This document shows positions 1-12,490 of a stretch of DNA of 64,000 bases, piece by piece. The DNA lies in contig OZ076420.1 in assembly GCA_964187785.1 (NCBI GenBank), positions 31,744,001 through 31,808,000 on the forward strand, given 5' to 3'. The DNA comes from Amphiscolops sp. MND2022. Taxonomy: Eukaryota. The position numbers and the translations under genes were made by a program. The notes beneath the pieces were generated by a model. It saw only the letters and a list, made by a program, of their open reading frames with translations. It ran no database searches and had not been told where the DNA came from. The stretch's first letter is position 1. The number at the start of each line of letters is the position of its first letter.

Positions 1-1946
1 TCAATCCCGTCACTATCCTCTACAGCCGTAGTTTGTTGAAGAATATCAGGAGTAGAACGACTGCATTGACCAGGCTCAGCTACTTGAAGAGGTGTATAAA
101 TCTTCGTCGGGGATCGGGAAAAGGTGATTTCTGAGTAGCTCCTAGTTCAACTAAAACAAACAACTAACTGCTAAAAGCGGAAGCGGAAGCAGAAAAATCA
201 CAGGAAGTAGTTTGGTTTGAATCTGAACCGGACGCGGTGAAAGAAATGAAACACTCTACTTCCGCCCTTAAATCAACTCGAAACATATATGTTTTGAAGA
301 AATCCGGTACCGAAAATTGAAAATCGTAACCATCACATAATGGTTATTTTTGATTGCAAGCCTGGCCAGCTTTGCATGATAAACCCCACAATCAAATAAA
401 CCCTGATCTAAATTAAAACGAAAACGAATTTGAACTAACCAGGAGAAGTCTCAGTAGGAGATTTGAACCCCCACGATGCAGCTTGTCGCCTCGTAATCTG
501 GTCCTTGCGTGATTTCCTTCGACTACCAGACTCCATTTATTGGATATGGGATGATACAGATGCAAATACAGTGTCTTTGTCACACAAACAATAAAGAAAC
601 GAATTTCAAATGACGGCAATGGAATACAAGAGTATGGAATTCTAGGAAAGTGTACCAGATGATGAGAAAGACTTTGACTATGAGACAAATTACTCAAAAA
701 ATACAAAAGGACTGGTGAAGATTAGAATGCAAAAGATACTCAAATATGCAAGCATAGAAGGCGTGGCGTACAAATTACAGGCAAAAAGCAAATGTTACCA
801 AACAGCAAACTTTGAATCAAATAGCGCTCGAATCTGATTGGTCAATTAAATGTCAATCACTACTGCCAGAGTGAGAGATTACGTAATTGACACCAACAAG
901 TGACGCATTATTCACTCTTATTGCAAACAAGAGTGAATAGAGAGAATGTGCAGCATATACACTGTATTACATACAATATACGGCATTATGCGGAATTATG
1001 GATACTGAGTGAAACACTATGCGTCATCATGCGGAACTACAGGTGCCGAGTATACGCCATCATACGGAGATACGTATGCCGCGTATGCGGTATCATACGG
1101 AATAACACACAATAACGAACAGCGAAGAAAAGAGATGACCAACGACAGGATGACGTAATAGTATTCATTCTTGACTACACAAAGTCAAATAATACTACGT
1201 GGCAAGATGTGCAGTACATGTGATTAAAACAAACTTATTCTCAGCTAATAGTAAACTATTAGGCAATGAGCAGTATTTGAGGTACGGAAACATGAATTTA
1301 CCTTCGAATGTGAAAACTGAATTTACAAAGATATATGGCACTTGTTATGTGGCAACGTCATATGTAAATCTTTTGAAATTTTAAAATGAGTGAAAAATTG
1401 TTAGATATAACTCCATGGTGCACTTTTTAAGTGCATGACCGATGAAAGTGTGAATGTATTAGATAGACGAACTCATGTTTTAATTTTTGATACATCTGTT
1501 TGAAACTCTTTCATGAAACACTTTCATTATTTTCCCTCAACTCAGTCATGTAATATTGGATGAATTAAACCTGTTCAAAACAACATGAATAATTATTTCA
1601 CTGTAAACCTAATTTACCTTCCTAAATAGGAAGAAAATTGTTGATAAATCATTTAAATCATCATCTCAGTGAGACAGTGAGCAGCAAGAGGTGTAATATC
1701 ACAAGATGAAACTGAGAAAACACCTGAAATCAAATTGTTTACATCTCATTGATGGATACACATCAAACTCATCTCTTTGAAATATCCGACTATATTTCCT
1801 TAAAACCCATAAAAGGGTATCAGATAAGATAGAAATCATGACGCTCAGCATTTCCGCGGGAATCATCGGAAACAACTGGGATTTATGGGACAACTACCAT
1901 AAGGTCTCATTAGAAAACTAGAAGCAGTGGCTCATCCGAATTAAAC
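1..1946 (-). mobile_element. Diverged partial copy of uncharacterised element 'X', inverted homologue of ~58750-60560
   Basis: Collinear reverse-complement similarity over ~1.9 kb. Examples: aatctgattggtcaattaaatgtcaatcac (~833) vs ~59750-59780; gtcatgtaatattggatgaatt (~1545) vs ~59080-59100; minus-strand peptide SRSPTKIYTPLQ (~85-120) vs ARSPTNVYTPLQ (~60490-60525). Similarity runs up to the gap. Confidence 0.7.
439..594 (+). pseudogene. Remnant of a small ORF PGEVSVGDLNPHDAACRLVIWSLRDFLRL..., homologue of 59998-60192
   Basis: Codon-aligned with the minus-strand ORF 59998-60192. The preceding codon is TAA (436-438) where the paralogue has CAA. Confidence 0.55.
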
Positions 1947-2146
1947 NNNNNNNNNNNNNNNNNNNNNNNNNNNNNNNNNNNNNNNNNNNNNNNNNNNNNN
2001 NNNNNNNNNNNNNNNNNNNNNNNNNNNNNNNNNNNNNNNNNNNNNNNNNNNNNNNNNNNNNNNNNNNNNNNNNNNNNNNNNNNNNNNNNNNNNNNNNNNN
2101 NNNNNNNNNNNNNNNNNNNNNNNNNNNNNNNNNNNNNNNNNNNNNN
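1947..2146. other. Assembly gap (200 N)
   Basis: Run of exactly 200 N. Confidence 1.
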
Positions 2147-2580
2147 TATAACTTTCCTGGACTTCTTTTTAAATTTTCCTTCTAACATGGATCCTCTAGT
2201 TCTCTCTCTGACGAGGATAGTCGAGTCGATCTCGTCTTCGAAATCCGACGCATTGAACGTTACGCCTTGGTCTACTTCTGAAACACTTTTAAATTTGTCT
2301 ACGATATTACTTTTTACCGTGTTAGGTTTTCGGCCGTATAATTTTTCGCTATATAATTTTTCAGAAATTCAATCACTTTCTTAGTTGTCGGTTTATGCAA
2401 AAACAAGGCATCTGGCCATGCGAAAAAATTGTCTACTGCTACCAATAAATATTTTTTTCCTTGTTCAGCAATCTGAAAAAGTTCCGCAAAATCTAATGCT
2501 ATTTCTTCGTTCGGTTTTTTCGAACAGGGAGTTTTCCAAATTTGTTTTAGTAAAGGTTTAATGTTTTTACCTGTCTTTTT
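2147..2580 (-). mobile_element. Ty3/Gypsy integrase fragment, near-identical duplicate of ~3957-4385
   Basis: Same sequence at offset 1810; ORFs 2187/3997 and the ends of 2314/4124 are nearly identical. Switches into the modular repeat at ~2580. Confidence 0.85.
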
Positions 2581-3395
2581 TCGGTACAAAGCTCTAAATC
2601 ATTTGAGTTACCGTAGAGAGAAACGCGCATAGAGAGGAAAATGAATATTATATTCCACAAATTTTCGTATTTTTCGAAGTTTCGAAGTTTTTCCCAGTTT
2701 TGAACAAACTGCCAGATCATCACAATCTGCCTTTTTGATGACATGCTGCACTTTTGGTCATGGGTATTTCTATTCGTACTTTGAGATTTTTCGTGTCAAT
2801 AAAAACAATTTCAATTGATAAAAAATTGTTTTAGTTCAAGTTCTTTTGCCTTTCTAAAAATGATCATGCAAATTGAATATAATTAAAATTATTAGAAAAC
2901 GCCAAACAAAAAAATCATAAGTTTCCTGACGGGCAAGACAGAAAACTGAGATTTAAACCTTGAGATTGTTATAGTCGAGCGCAAGGCGAAATAAGAAGAA
3001 AAAGAAGAATGAAGTTAAGAATGAATTACGAATTGAATCTCGATTCCAAGGCAACAGCAACTAAACTTTATGTTATGTATTTCATTCTAGCACTTGTTTA
3101 CAGATGTTTGTAAATAGTAGCATTTATTCACTTCTTTAGTACTTGCTCCTTCTGACACTCTATCACACTCTCCGTTTTATTGTAACACCTGGAGGTAGTT
3201 AGGTACATGTTAATAAATACTTGTAAGTTTCAATGTGTTCATGGATTTTTACATGACTGAATTAGAGGAATACAGCTCGAAGGCTTTTAATGTTTATGTA
3301 TTGCTAGGCCAAACAAATACACTATGACCACAAATAGAAGTTGTTTTTAGGGGGTATCTCCGCCTTTTGCTGAGGCGTTTTTTCGTCTTCAACGC

Positions 3396-5100
3396 TCATG
3401 ATGACATCCCGTATCGCTCTGTTAGTCGTCTGCGGCGAGTTTCTTTTTCCGGAGGTGTCCATGAGAGTGAAGCCTTTACAGCCTTCTTCTTTTTCCCGGG
3501 ATTCGTTGGTTGCTTTTCAGCCTTCTCTTGTTCAGGCATCGCATCCTCCTGGTTGTCCATCACTTCCTGAGGGGCTGTCATTTCCTGACGTACTGCCATT
3601 TCTTGAGGAACTGCCGTTTCCTTGGTGCTCGTCTCCACTGCCTCTGGCGTCACTTCTTCAGTTCCTCCTTCTTCGTATTGCTCCATTGATTTGCTGTTCT
3701 CAGTATTCTCGGTTTCTGTTGTTGTTGTTGTTGTTGTTGTTGTTGAGGCGTAAGTTGGAATGTACGTGTCGTCTTCCGACGATTCTTCCATTTCTTCCCA
3801 TCTCGTAGAGGGGCCTGCCTCTTCTTCGTCCCTTTTTTGTTTCGAGCCTGTGCTGCTCTTCCTTCCCGAATGTGGTTTGGCCACGTCTCTTTTGGAATCA
3901 ACCGTCTCCTTGTTACTTTTCATTGGTAAGAAGGTTATGGTATGAGTAGTCTCTTTTATAACCTTCCTGGACTTCTTTTTAAATTTTCCTTCTAACATGG
4001 ATCCTCTAGTTCTCTCTCTGACGAGGATAGTCGAGTCGATCTTGTCTTCGAAATCCGACGCATTGAACGTTACGCCTTGGTCTACTTCTGAAACACTTTT
4101 AAATTTGTCTACGATATTACTTTTTACCGTGTTAGGTTTTCGGCCGTATAATTTTTCGCTATATAATTTTTCAGAAATTCAATCACTTTCTTAGTTGTCG
4201 GTTTATGCAAAAACAAGGCATCTGGCCATGCGAAAAAATTGTCTACTGCTACCAATAAATATTTTTTTCCTTGTTCAGCGTTCTGAAAAAGTTCCGCAAA
4301 ATCTAATGCTATTTCTTCGTTCGGTTTTTTCGAACAGGGAGTTTTCCAAATTTGTTTTAGTAAAGGTTTAATGTTTTTACCTGCTGCGTTGCATTGGTCA
4401 CAACATTGAGCTGTCTTAACTACCTCTCGGTGTATTTTGGGCCACCATATATCAGCAACGAAACGAAGCATGGTCTCCCTACCGGGATGTTCGTAATGAA
4501 TGGAGCTCATTATAGAGGCGCGCAAATTTGTTGGAATAACCAATCGTTCATCCATGTATAAGTAATTACGGCTATCAACACTAAATGAACTGAATTTTTC
4601 ACGCCAGGGGGCCGGTAGGCGCGATATCTTTGCCCCTTCTTTTGAGTTCACCAATTGGATTATTTTTTGTAGCATTTTATCAGCCTCATAATTTGCAGGC
4701 AGGTACGAATCGTTTATCTTGTCAATTACTTCCGACGTGTTATTTAGCATGTTTTTACACTTTTGTTGAAAGTTCGTTTCTTGTGAATTTGGTACCACAC
4801 TGAATTTACGCTAGTTTGTTCGCGTGTAACTTTTCTGCGATTTGATTGGTTGATTACCTTTTCGTTCTTTCACTTTTTTCGCTCGTTTCACGTCTCGCTC
4901 ATATTGCTTTCAATACCAAATCCGACGCAAGCGGCAGATTCATCGTTTGCGGCGTCTCCTGCGGCGTTGTCTCATTCTCTGAAATAGCATTAAATTTTGT
5001 AACTGTGTTTACTGTGAACCAGTCATTCCATAATTTTTCCGAATTTATGGTACTTCCTTGTATTTCACTGTAGAAAAAATTACTCACGATTGGGACCAAA
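3396..5100 (-). mobile_element. Ty3/Gypsy pol 3' fragment: RH-IN linker, integrase zinc finger, integrase core deleted, acidic tail
   Basis: LPAPWREKF...YMDERLVIP...HYEHPGRETM...WWPKIHREV...C-x2-C...IALDFA...LLVAVDNF is the typical Gypsy integrase N-terminus. The frame jumps from KNYIAK to the post-core region. Tail ORF 3396-3998 contains a (GTT)n poly-Thr run. Confidence 0.9.
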
Positions 5101-5900
5101 ACTATTCGTGATTAATTTCACCTTTGAACTACTTTTTCAGCCAAAATTCGTTGCTATTAGAAGTTAGAGAGACAAAAAGTGTCCTCCATATCTTTCGTGC
5201 GGACAAAAGCCGGCCTCTAAATTGCTAACCATTCGAAAATGTACCATTTCATCAAAATCGGCCAGATTTATATTTTAGGCCAGATATAAATAAATGCCAG
5301 AATATTCTAAAACGCCATTCAAAATTGAGTGATTGTTCCATGACACTAATACGGTATATTAAAATTTAAATATTGACATATACCTCCTTTGGTAGTTGTT
5401 TTCTTACAGTTCAAGATATGTATGCGGATTCCACGACACATGTATAAAGATATGGTCTTACTTTCCATTGTCGTTTTAGTACCATTCAAGAACTAGCTCA
5501 TTCGTTAAATGCTTTTGAAAAACTGGCAGTTGGCAAAAATCTGCTAAATTTTGATGACGAGGTAGTTATAAATATATGCCATGTTTTCTTAAAATGCCGT
5601 GCAAAACTGTTTCTGTGTTTTGGTGAGACTAAGACCTTTTTAGACGAAATTCGTGGAATGCGATTGAAAAATGGCAGTTGATAAAAATCTGCCATATTTT
5701 GACAAAAAGACAATTCTGAATAAATGCTTTTTTATAAATTGCTTGCAAACTTGTTTTCAATGTTTTGTTTTCATTAGACTAGGACTTTGTTAGCCAAATT
5801 TACTGGTTCTAGTTTTACTTTTTGTCCGCTTCCAAAACTTCTCTGTTGGCTAACGCCCTCTTTTCGAAAAACACGAATATTTGTGTTATATAATATTCAT
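5080..5900. repeat. Modular repeat family cluster (hairpin half, linker, A unit, linker)
   Basis: Contains the tgtcgtggaa(a/t)ccgcatacatatctt core (reverse complement). ~5082-6780 is nearly identical to ~27956-29670. Confidence 0.9.
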
Positions 5901-6780
5901 TTTCCTCTCTCTGCGCGTTTCTCTTTCTACGGTAACTCAAACAATTTAGAGCTTTGTACAGAAAATGACTGTAAATGAAAAAATTAATTGATCTTTTAAA
6001 TACAAAAATATATATCAAAAGAACGAATCAACAAATCAATAAGTTTCATCTGTTGAAGCAGTGAAAGAGTGGCTCGAGAGGGCTTATAATATCTTCTTTG
6101 GGTTTCTGCTGTACTGGATTTGATTTGAGGGGTACTGGTTGTGTTTAGAGCTGAGCCCTAAAAGGCTTAACGTGTAGATTATTGTTCGGTCTCCAGATGT
6201 CATCGAAAAAGATCTCTTCATCGTTCGTGTTTTTTTGTGTAACTTCGTACTTTGTTTTCCCGTTGGGGTAGAACACTTGGCAGTAGTAGCAAAACCCAAC
6301 TTTGCGTGGGGTATGCGACTTTCCATGTAACTTATTAACTGCGTTTTCGCCGTTTTGTGAGATGAGTTTATCCATTGAAGCAAGAAGCGAAAATGAGTAC
6401 AGATGTATGAATTGTAGAGAAGAGGGTTTGCGGAGAGACCGAGTACAGATGACCTGGTAAGAGAGACTGATTGATGGCAGAATGAGAACAGAAAGAGGAA
6501 AGAAACTGAATGATGACAAAAAGAACAGAGACTGGATCGTTTGAGTTTGTTTGACAACAATGAAAGAAATGCAATTGAAAGCCAAACTTTTTGGTTAACC
6601 CTTATTGGTTGAAATACTGCTTTGATGTCAGAAAAAAGTTCGAATAAAGTGTTTGGTTCTAATTACTTGATTATAAATGGCTTTTAACATGTTGTCTTTT
6701 TCAAAGGTAATTGTATTTCGTCAATAATTGCGCAAAATTCCCCCTCCCCAAGCGACCGCAGGGGAAATAAGGTTTAATTC
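5900..6780 (-). repeat. ~0.9-kb cassette, copy 1, with a 76-aa ORF (6145-6375) MDKLISQNGE...GFCYYC...RAQL
   Basis: Four copies in the window; each has a 231-nt open frame. Confidence 0.85.
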
Positions 6781-7913
6781 TGACTGTATTGTCCTGGTTT
6801 CCACCAAAATAGCATTCACTGTTCGATGGCCACGAAAGCGACTGTGGAAAGTAAGAACATATATTTATACATGTGTCTTGGAAACCGCATACATATCTTA
6901 AACTGTAAGAAAACAACTCCTAATGTATGGCAGTATGTCAATATTTAAATCTGACTATTGTCCTGGTTTCCACCACTTTAAGCATATTGTCCTGGTTTCC
7001 ACCAAAATAGCATCCACTGTTCGATGGCCACGAAAGCGACTGTGGAAAGTAGGACCATATTAATATACATGTGTCGTGGAAACCGCATACATATCTTAAA
7101 CTGTAAGAAAACAACTACCAAAGAGGGTAGTACGTCAAAATTTAAAGACTAAGATATCTTAATTTTGTCAAGGGAAAATTGTTCAACTTTCAATGACGTT
7201 TTAGAATATTCTGACATTCATATATATCTGGCTTAATATTGAAATCTGGCCGATTTTGATGAAAAGGTATATTTTTGAATGATTGGCAATTTTAGAGGCC
7301 GGCTTTTGTTTGCTCGAAAGGTATTATGGACATATTTTGTCTCTCTGACTTCTAATAGCAACAAATTTTGGCTAAAATGCAATTAAAAAGTGAAACTAAT
7401 TATGACTAATTTTGGTCACAATCGTGAGTACTTTTTTACTCACGATTGGGACCAAAATATCACAGAATCTTTTTTCATTTTAGTATACTGAAAGGCCTCC
7501 TTTTTGTCCTCACGAAAGATATTAGGAACATATTTAACTCTGTATTCTAATAACAACGAAATTTGGCTAAAGAAGTCCTAGTCGCACGAAAACACTGAAA
7601 ACATTTCTGCATGGCATTTTCTGGAAACGTGGCATTTATTTAAAACTGTCTTGTCGTCAAAATATGGCAAATGTTTATCAACTGCCATTTTTCCATAAAC
7701 ATTCAAAGGATGAGTTCGTTCTTAGATGGTCCTAAAACGACTGTGGAAAGTAAGACGATATCTTTATACATGTGTCGTGGAAACCACATACGTATCCTAA
7801 ACTGTTAGAAAACAACTACAAAAGGTAGTACGTCGATATGTAAGTTTTAATATACCGTTTTAGTGTCATGGAAGTATTGCTCAATTTCGAATGACGTTTA
7901 AGAATATTCTGAC
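6780..7913. repeat. Modular repeat family cluster (A units and hairpin unit; hairpin 7410-7457)
   Basis: Tandem ~170-200-bp units containing attgtcctggtttccacc and atacatgtgtcgtggaaaccgcatac. Confidence 0.9.
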
Positions 7914-10900
7914 ATGTCTGATCGGGCTTGCTCATCCCAGTCACAAGAAGTGACCAGTGAGAAATGTGGGCAATTGTTGCCGAACAATAAAAGCAAGAAC
8001 GAAGCACCGTCATACAAGAAGTACAAAAAAAGCCCGACCAACTTAATTTCTTGTACCAATGGCACCTGTGATTACGTCACTGATCGGTTGTTCAACCTCC
8101 AGCGTCATGAGAAGCAGTGTCCAGGTATGCCCTATGAGGACTGGAAGAAAAAAGAAGTGACATGTGAGAATTGTGGACAGTTATTCACTAATAAGAAAAG
8201 TCGGATGCGTCATCAAAAGAACGCTAAATACTGTGTCAAGCAGAAAGCCAAGATTGATGCCGGCATAGAAGTGTCCATGTACAAATATCGTAAGTTATTT
8301 AACATTACTGAAGTCATTGAGTTTTTCGCTCGAATACTTATGATCTGGAAAAATATAAAGGACCGTGTGTGGGCGGGGGGTTTGGGAGGGGGATTAACAA
8401 AAAAGATCCATATCAAAATGCTTACACATCTTTGTGTTTACACATGATGTTTTCCAGCAGCTGCAAAAGGTCGTCATAAAAGTCCTCATATTTGTCTGAG
8501 TTGTGGCAAGTTGTTCGCGTACCAGTACGTACTCCGGAATCACGTCGCAAGATCACTATCTTGCCAAGTAGCCCTAGCTCCAATGCCTGTTGATGTCACA
8601 TTCTCAGAGTATCCCCTATCTCCTTTTGGTACCACAGGGTACTTCGAATTTTGCGAGAGAATTCCTCTGGAATGTGGGTTTTCTTTCGACGAGTGGCAGG
8701 GTCCTCAGGAGAATCCAAGTGTGCACTTAGGCTCTCTGTTGCAACACGGCTTACCTCTGCTTTGGAAAGGTGGTGCAAATCACTGTCCCGGTATAAAGCT
8801 TCCCAAAGTTGACAGGAGTGCGCATTTTCCCAGTGAAGTCCAGCAACTCCTGATGGCATCAAATTTGACTGATCCGGAGCAACAGCTAGATGTGAAATCG
8901 GCAAAGATTGGCACTGTAAGCTTTTCATTATCTTTTCGCAAAAATACTGTTTCTTTTTAAAAGCCAAATTGTCTCGATTATTGGATTCATGTAGTGTTTT
9001 ATCTATCATTATTTTCATCTTTCGCCATGATTATTATTTCACAAAAAAGATTCATTACCTCTCTCCAATAAAACGATATGAATACTTCCTAGTTTCAGAC
9101 GCAATCTCTATCCTTACCGGAGTTCGTGGATGCTTTGAATTCATGTGGCCCCGATGACGGGAATTATCCATTGAATGTTATCGATATCAGGATGAAGCCA
9201 AAAGTGAGTTCGGAAACTTGATGAAAGAATAACCTCTTTTTTCAACTATTTTCATTTTTTTCAAATTAAGTTTTTGTGTTTAAGAAGCTGTACACAGTCC
9301 CAAAGATGGTGAGAGACAATTCCATTGGGCACCTGGTTGAAAAACTCATTGGGAAGAATAGTCTCGAGCCTTATTCATGTGCCACTTCACATTATCTGCT
9401 GATTACGCAGGACTCAGCGCACACAACTTGGCACCAAGACTTTTCAGCAACTTCTGTTTGCTATACTGTTCTTCGTGGCGAGAAAATTTTTTTCTTGTTC
9501 AAGCCAACAAAAAAGAATATGGCAATATTCGAGAAATGGTCAGATGCAGAAAATGACCAAACGTAAGATTTTTTTATTGAAACTAATGAAGAGTTTATAA
9601 AATTTACAAGAGTTTATTATAAAATTAAAAATCAATTCTTTTCAACGAAACAATGGACACCTATAACTACAGAAACAGTGCATAAAAACTATTTTTGATT
9701 TAGTTTGATGTTTTAGGCCCACATTCTTCGGGGCGATCAATGAACTGGAAGAAGGATGCCTCCGACTCACTGTTACACCCAGTGACATGCTAGTTATGCC
9801 TGCCAACTACCTTCATTTTGTCCTCACGAAAGGTATTATGGTCTTCTTTAGTCTCTTTGAGTTATGAAAGATGTGTCAGTTGGTCTTTTTTGTAAATCGC
9901 TTTTACGTACACTTGACTAATTCTAAACGATTTTAGCTGACGATCACTTTCTAGTGTTTGATTCATTTTTTGTAACTTTGGCGTTTTTTCCGGTTATGGC
10001 ACGATGCATAACTTTGCCACAACTTCATTCTTTCTTTTTCACTTGGCAGTGACAATACTCGTTTGCATGTTTTCCGCGTTCAATTTACACTTTCTCGCGA
10101 TTTGATTGGTCCGTTTTTTCTCGCCAATACCGTCCGTTTAATCCGTTTGTTAACTTGTCTTCTAAATTTACGGTGAACCAATCTTTGAATAATTCCTCAG
10201 ATTGAATGATTGATCCTTTACATTAGGAAGGATGCCTTGACAAATAGTCAGCTATTCCCAGAGTTCTCCCCGGTGTTTGTACAATATGAAAATTGTACGG
10301 CAAAAGCCGATCTAATTTACATAATTTACATGTCTACCACAACAGCTAATAATTATAATTAGTTTATGGAATAGTTCATTCCGAAATCTGTTAAAAATCG
10401 AGATGCGTACGAAATTGTTTTCCAGATATCATTTTCACACTGTTGGAGGACCGCGCCCAGTCCATTTTTGCTAGCGTTTGATAAACTGCCATTTTCTTAG
10501 ATTGACATACAACGAATGAGCTCACTCTTGAATGGTCCTAAAACAACTGTGGAAAGTAAGACCATATCATTATACATGTGTCGTGGAAACCGCATACATA
10601 TCTTTAGCTGTAAGAAGACAACTACTAAAGGGGGATGGATGGTTGTACGTCAAAATTTAAGTTTTAATGTACCGTTCTGGTGTCATGGAAATATTTTTCA
10701 ATTTCGAATGGCATTTTTAAATATTCTGGCATTTATTAATATCTGGTTAATCATTGAAATCTGGCAGAGTCCGTTAAAGTCTGACTTGCAATAACAAAAA
10801 CATTGACTCAAAACTAATTTATAAGTGGAATTAATCATGAATAATTTTTGTCCCAATCGTGAGTAATATTTTTACTCACGATTGGAAACAAAAAATAATT

Positions 10901-11592
10901 TCATGTATTTCCTCAATCAAATCGTTACAGGTGACTCAATTGCAGTGGGGACCAATTTTTTGGCCCTTGGACACATCCCTATGATACGGGAGATGATGAT
11001 CCTTGACCATTCGAGGACTTACGCGGATGACAAGTTCCCTGATCTTCCCGAGCTGCTGGCATTGCTTCTTCTCACTGCAACAGAAAAAATTCAGAGAGCT
11101 TGTCCTTTCAAGTTTCGTTTATTCGACGCAGTGAAAACAATTGTTAATGAAAAGGCCGTCCAAGAGGTTTTTACAATTTGATTTGAAAAACTGTTCATTT
11201 TAAATTTCTAGTGTTTCACTCATTCAACCTATTTTCTTTTTAATTTGCAGATTCAACCACAGTTTTGCATGAGCAAGTTGCGATTGCTTCTGGGCAGGAA
11301 ACAACCGACCGGAACCCTCCAAGATGCCGCAATCTCCAAAAAATATCTGGCGTGCGTCAGCATTAAATGCCCCGGTGACTCATACGCAACCATCCCCGAT
11401 TACATTAACAATGTAGATGTTTTGAGTGAGTCGCGTGAGACCCGTGTTTCGACAGTTGAACTGCTGAGGGAGAATTCGCAAACTCCAAAATTTTGCGAAA
11501 ACAAGTTTCGACCTCATGCACTACCGGTAGTGGCTTCACTAAAAGGCATTAGAACTATCCCTAAAGAGGATGAACTCTTTGATATATGTTGA
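7914..11592 (+). CDS. C2H2-like zinc fingers + JmjC histone lysine demethylase, KDM7/PHF8-like; 7 exons, ~636 aa
   Basis: Exons 7914-8289, 8458-8915, 9099-9203, 9285-9562, 9717-9832, 10931-11166, 11251-11592. All junctions are GT-AG with matching phases; total 1911 nt, no internal stop. TTWHQDFSATSVCYTVLRGEKIFFLFKPT...MPANYLHFVLTKGDSIAVGTNFL...KFPDL parallels PHF8 [30 protein letters not shown]...[23 protein letters not shown]...RFPNF. Start codon uncertain because it abuts a repeat. Confidence 0.9.
10040..10430 (-). mobile_element. Gypsy RNase H end/linker fragment inside JmjC intron 5
   Basis: Minus-strand LPYNFHIVQTPGRTLGIADYLSRHPS and WFTVN motifs. Confidence 0.8.
10440..10910. repeat. 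Modular repeat (A unit and degenerate hairpin ~10846-10894) inside JmjC intron 5
   Basis: Core motifs as in the other clusters. Confidence 0.85.
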
Positions 11593-12490
11593 CTGTTTTT
11601 ATTCACCTTTATTCTATTTATTTTCAAATTTGTCATTTAACAGAGTTTCTAGTTTCTTTTATATTTTGAAAGTTTAAATATAAGAAAGCGCAAATTAGAA
11701 AACGAAATGTGAATCCATTGGATTCACAATCTACCACATTTTCATTTCTGAATGGGACAAAAACAAGAAACGAGCTATCTGTTACTGTTGACGTTCAATC
11801 TTATTCTGTCTGAATGAGAAAAATTGGCAAATGTATCTTTATTGGCAAAACTCAACAGAATGGGAAAAACTGAAATACTAAATTTCTCATACTATTTACT
11901 TGGTAAATATGTACTAGGAACAGTTTTTTCGGCACTTTACTTCAACTTTTTGGCGCCGTTTGTGTCACGAAATTCCCATTTTTGGCATTTTTCGACAACT
12001 TCGCAAAAAACAAGTAACAAGTCATAAATTTGCAATTGAAAATCACAAATTCACATTGTCTTTTACAAAAAAAACTTGTTCAGAGTGTTTTCCGTCACGT
12101 TAGGCCGATCAGCCTCGAATGCATTCAGGATAGAAAGAAACTAAAAAGATTGTCATTCACCACATGGTCTCAATACAATTTACAGTTGCTATCGAACTAT
12201 CATTGTTTTCAACGTTAGTCAAGCTCTAGCTATAACAACCTCACAAAGGCGTAAACATCTATCTGCGAAGGGTCTGAAATACTTTTAACACAAACTTGTG
12301 GGAAAAACAGTAACACGCTAAACAACCCGCCTAAAGATTCAAAAGAAGTTGAGCAGAAGATTTCAATTGGGGATAGCAAAAAATACAGTAAACAACACAT
12401 TCTTTGAGTCACATTTTCTTTACTCTATAACACACAATGAAATCGAGTTTGTAGAGGTACAGGACGTTGAGTTTGTCATAAAATTTTCAT

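Noticed and set aside
1910-2188. ORF spanning the N run
   Set aside because: Artefact of the assembly gap.
2147-2580. Gypsy duplicate next to the gap as a biological LTR-like direct repeat
   Set aside because: It is internal integrase sequence, not an LTR, and its position at a contig end makes haplotype or assembly redundancy plausible.
3650-3901. Poly-Gln ORF
   Set aside because: Alternative frame of the (GTT)n tract in the Gypsy tail.
6780-7140. CRISPR-like regularly repeated motifs
   Set aside because: The inter-motif sequence is itself repeated, units are ~200 bp, there are no cas genes, and the context is eukaryotic.
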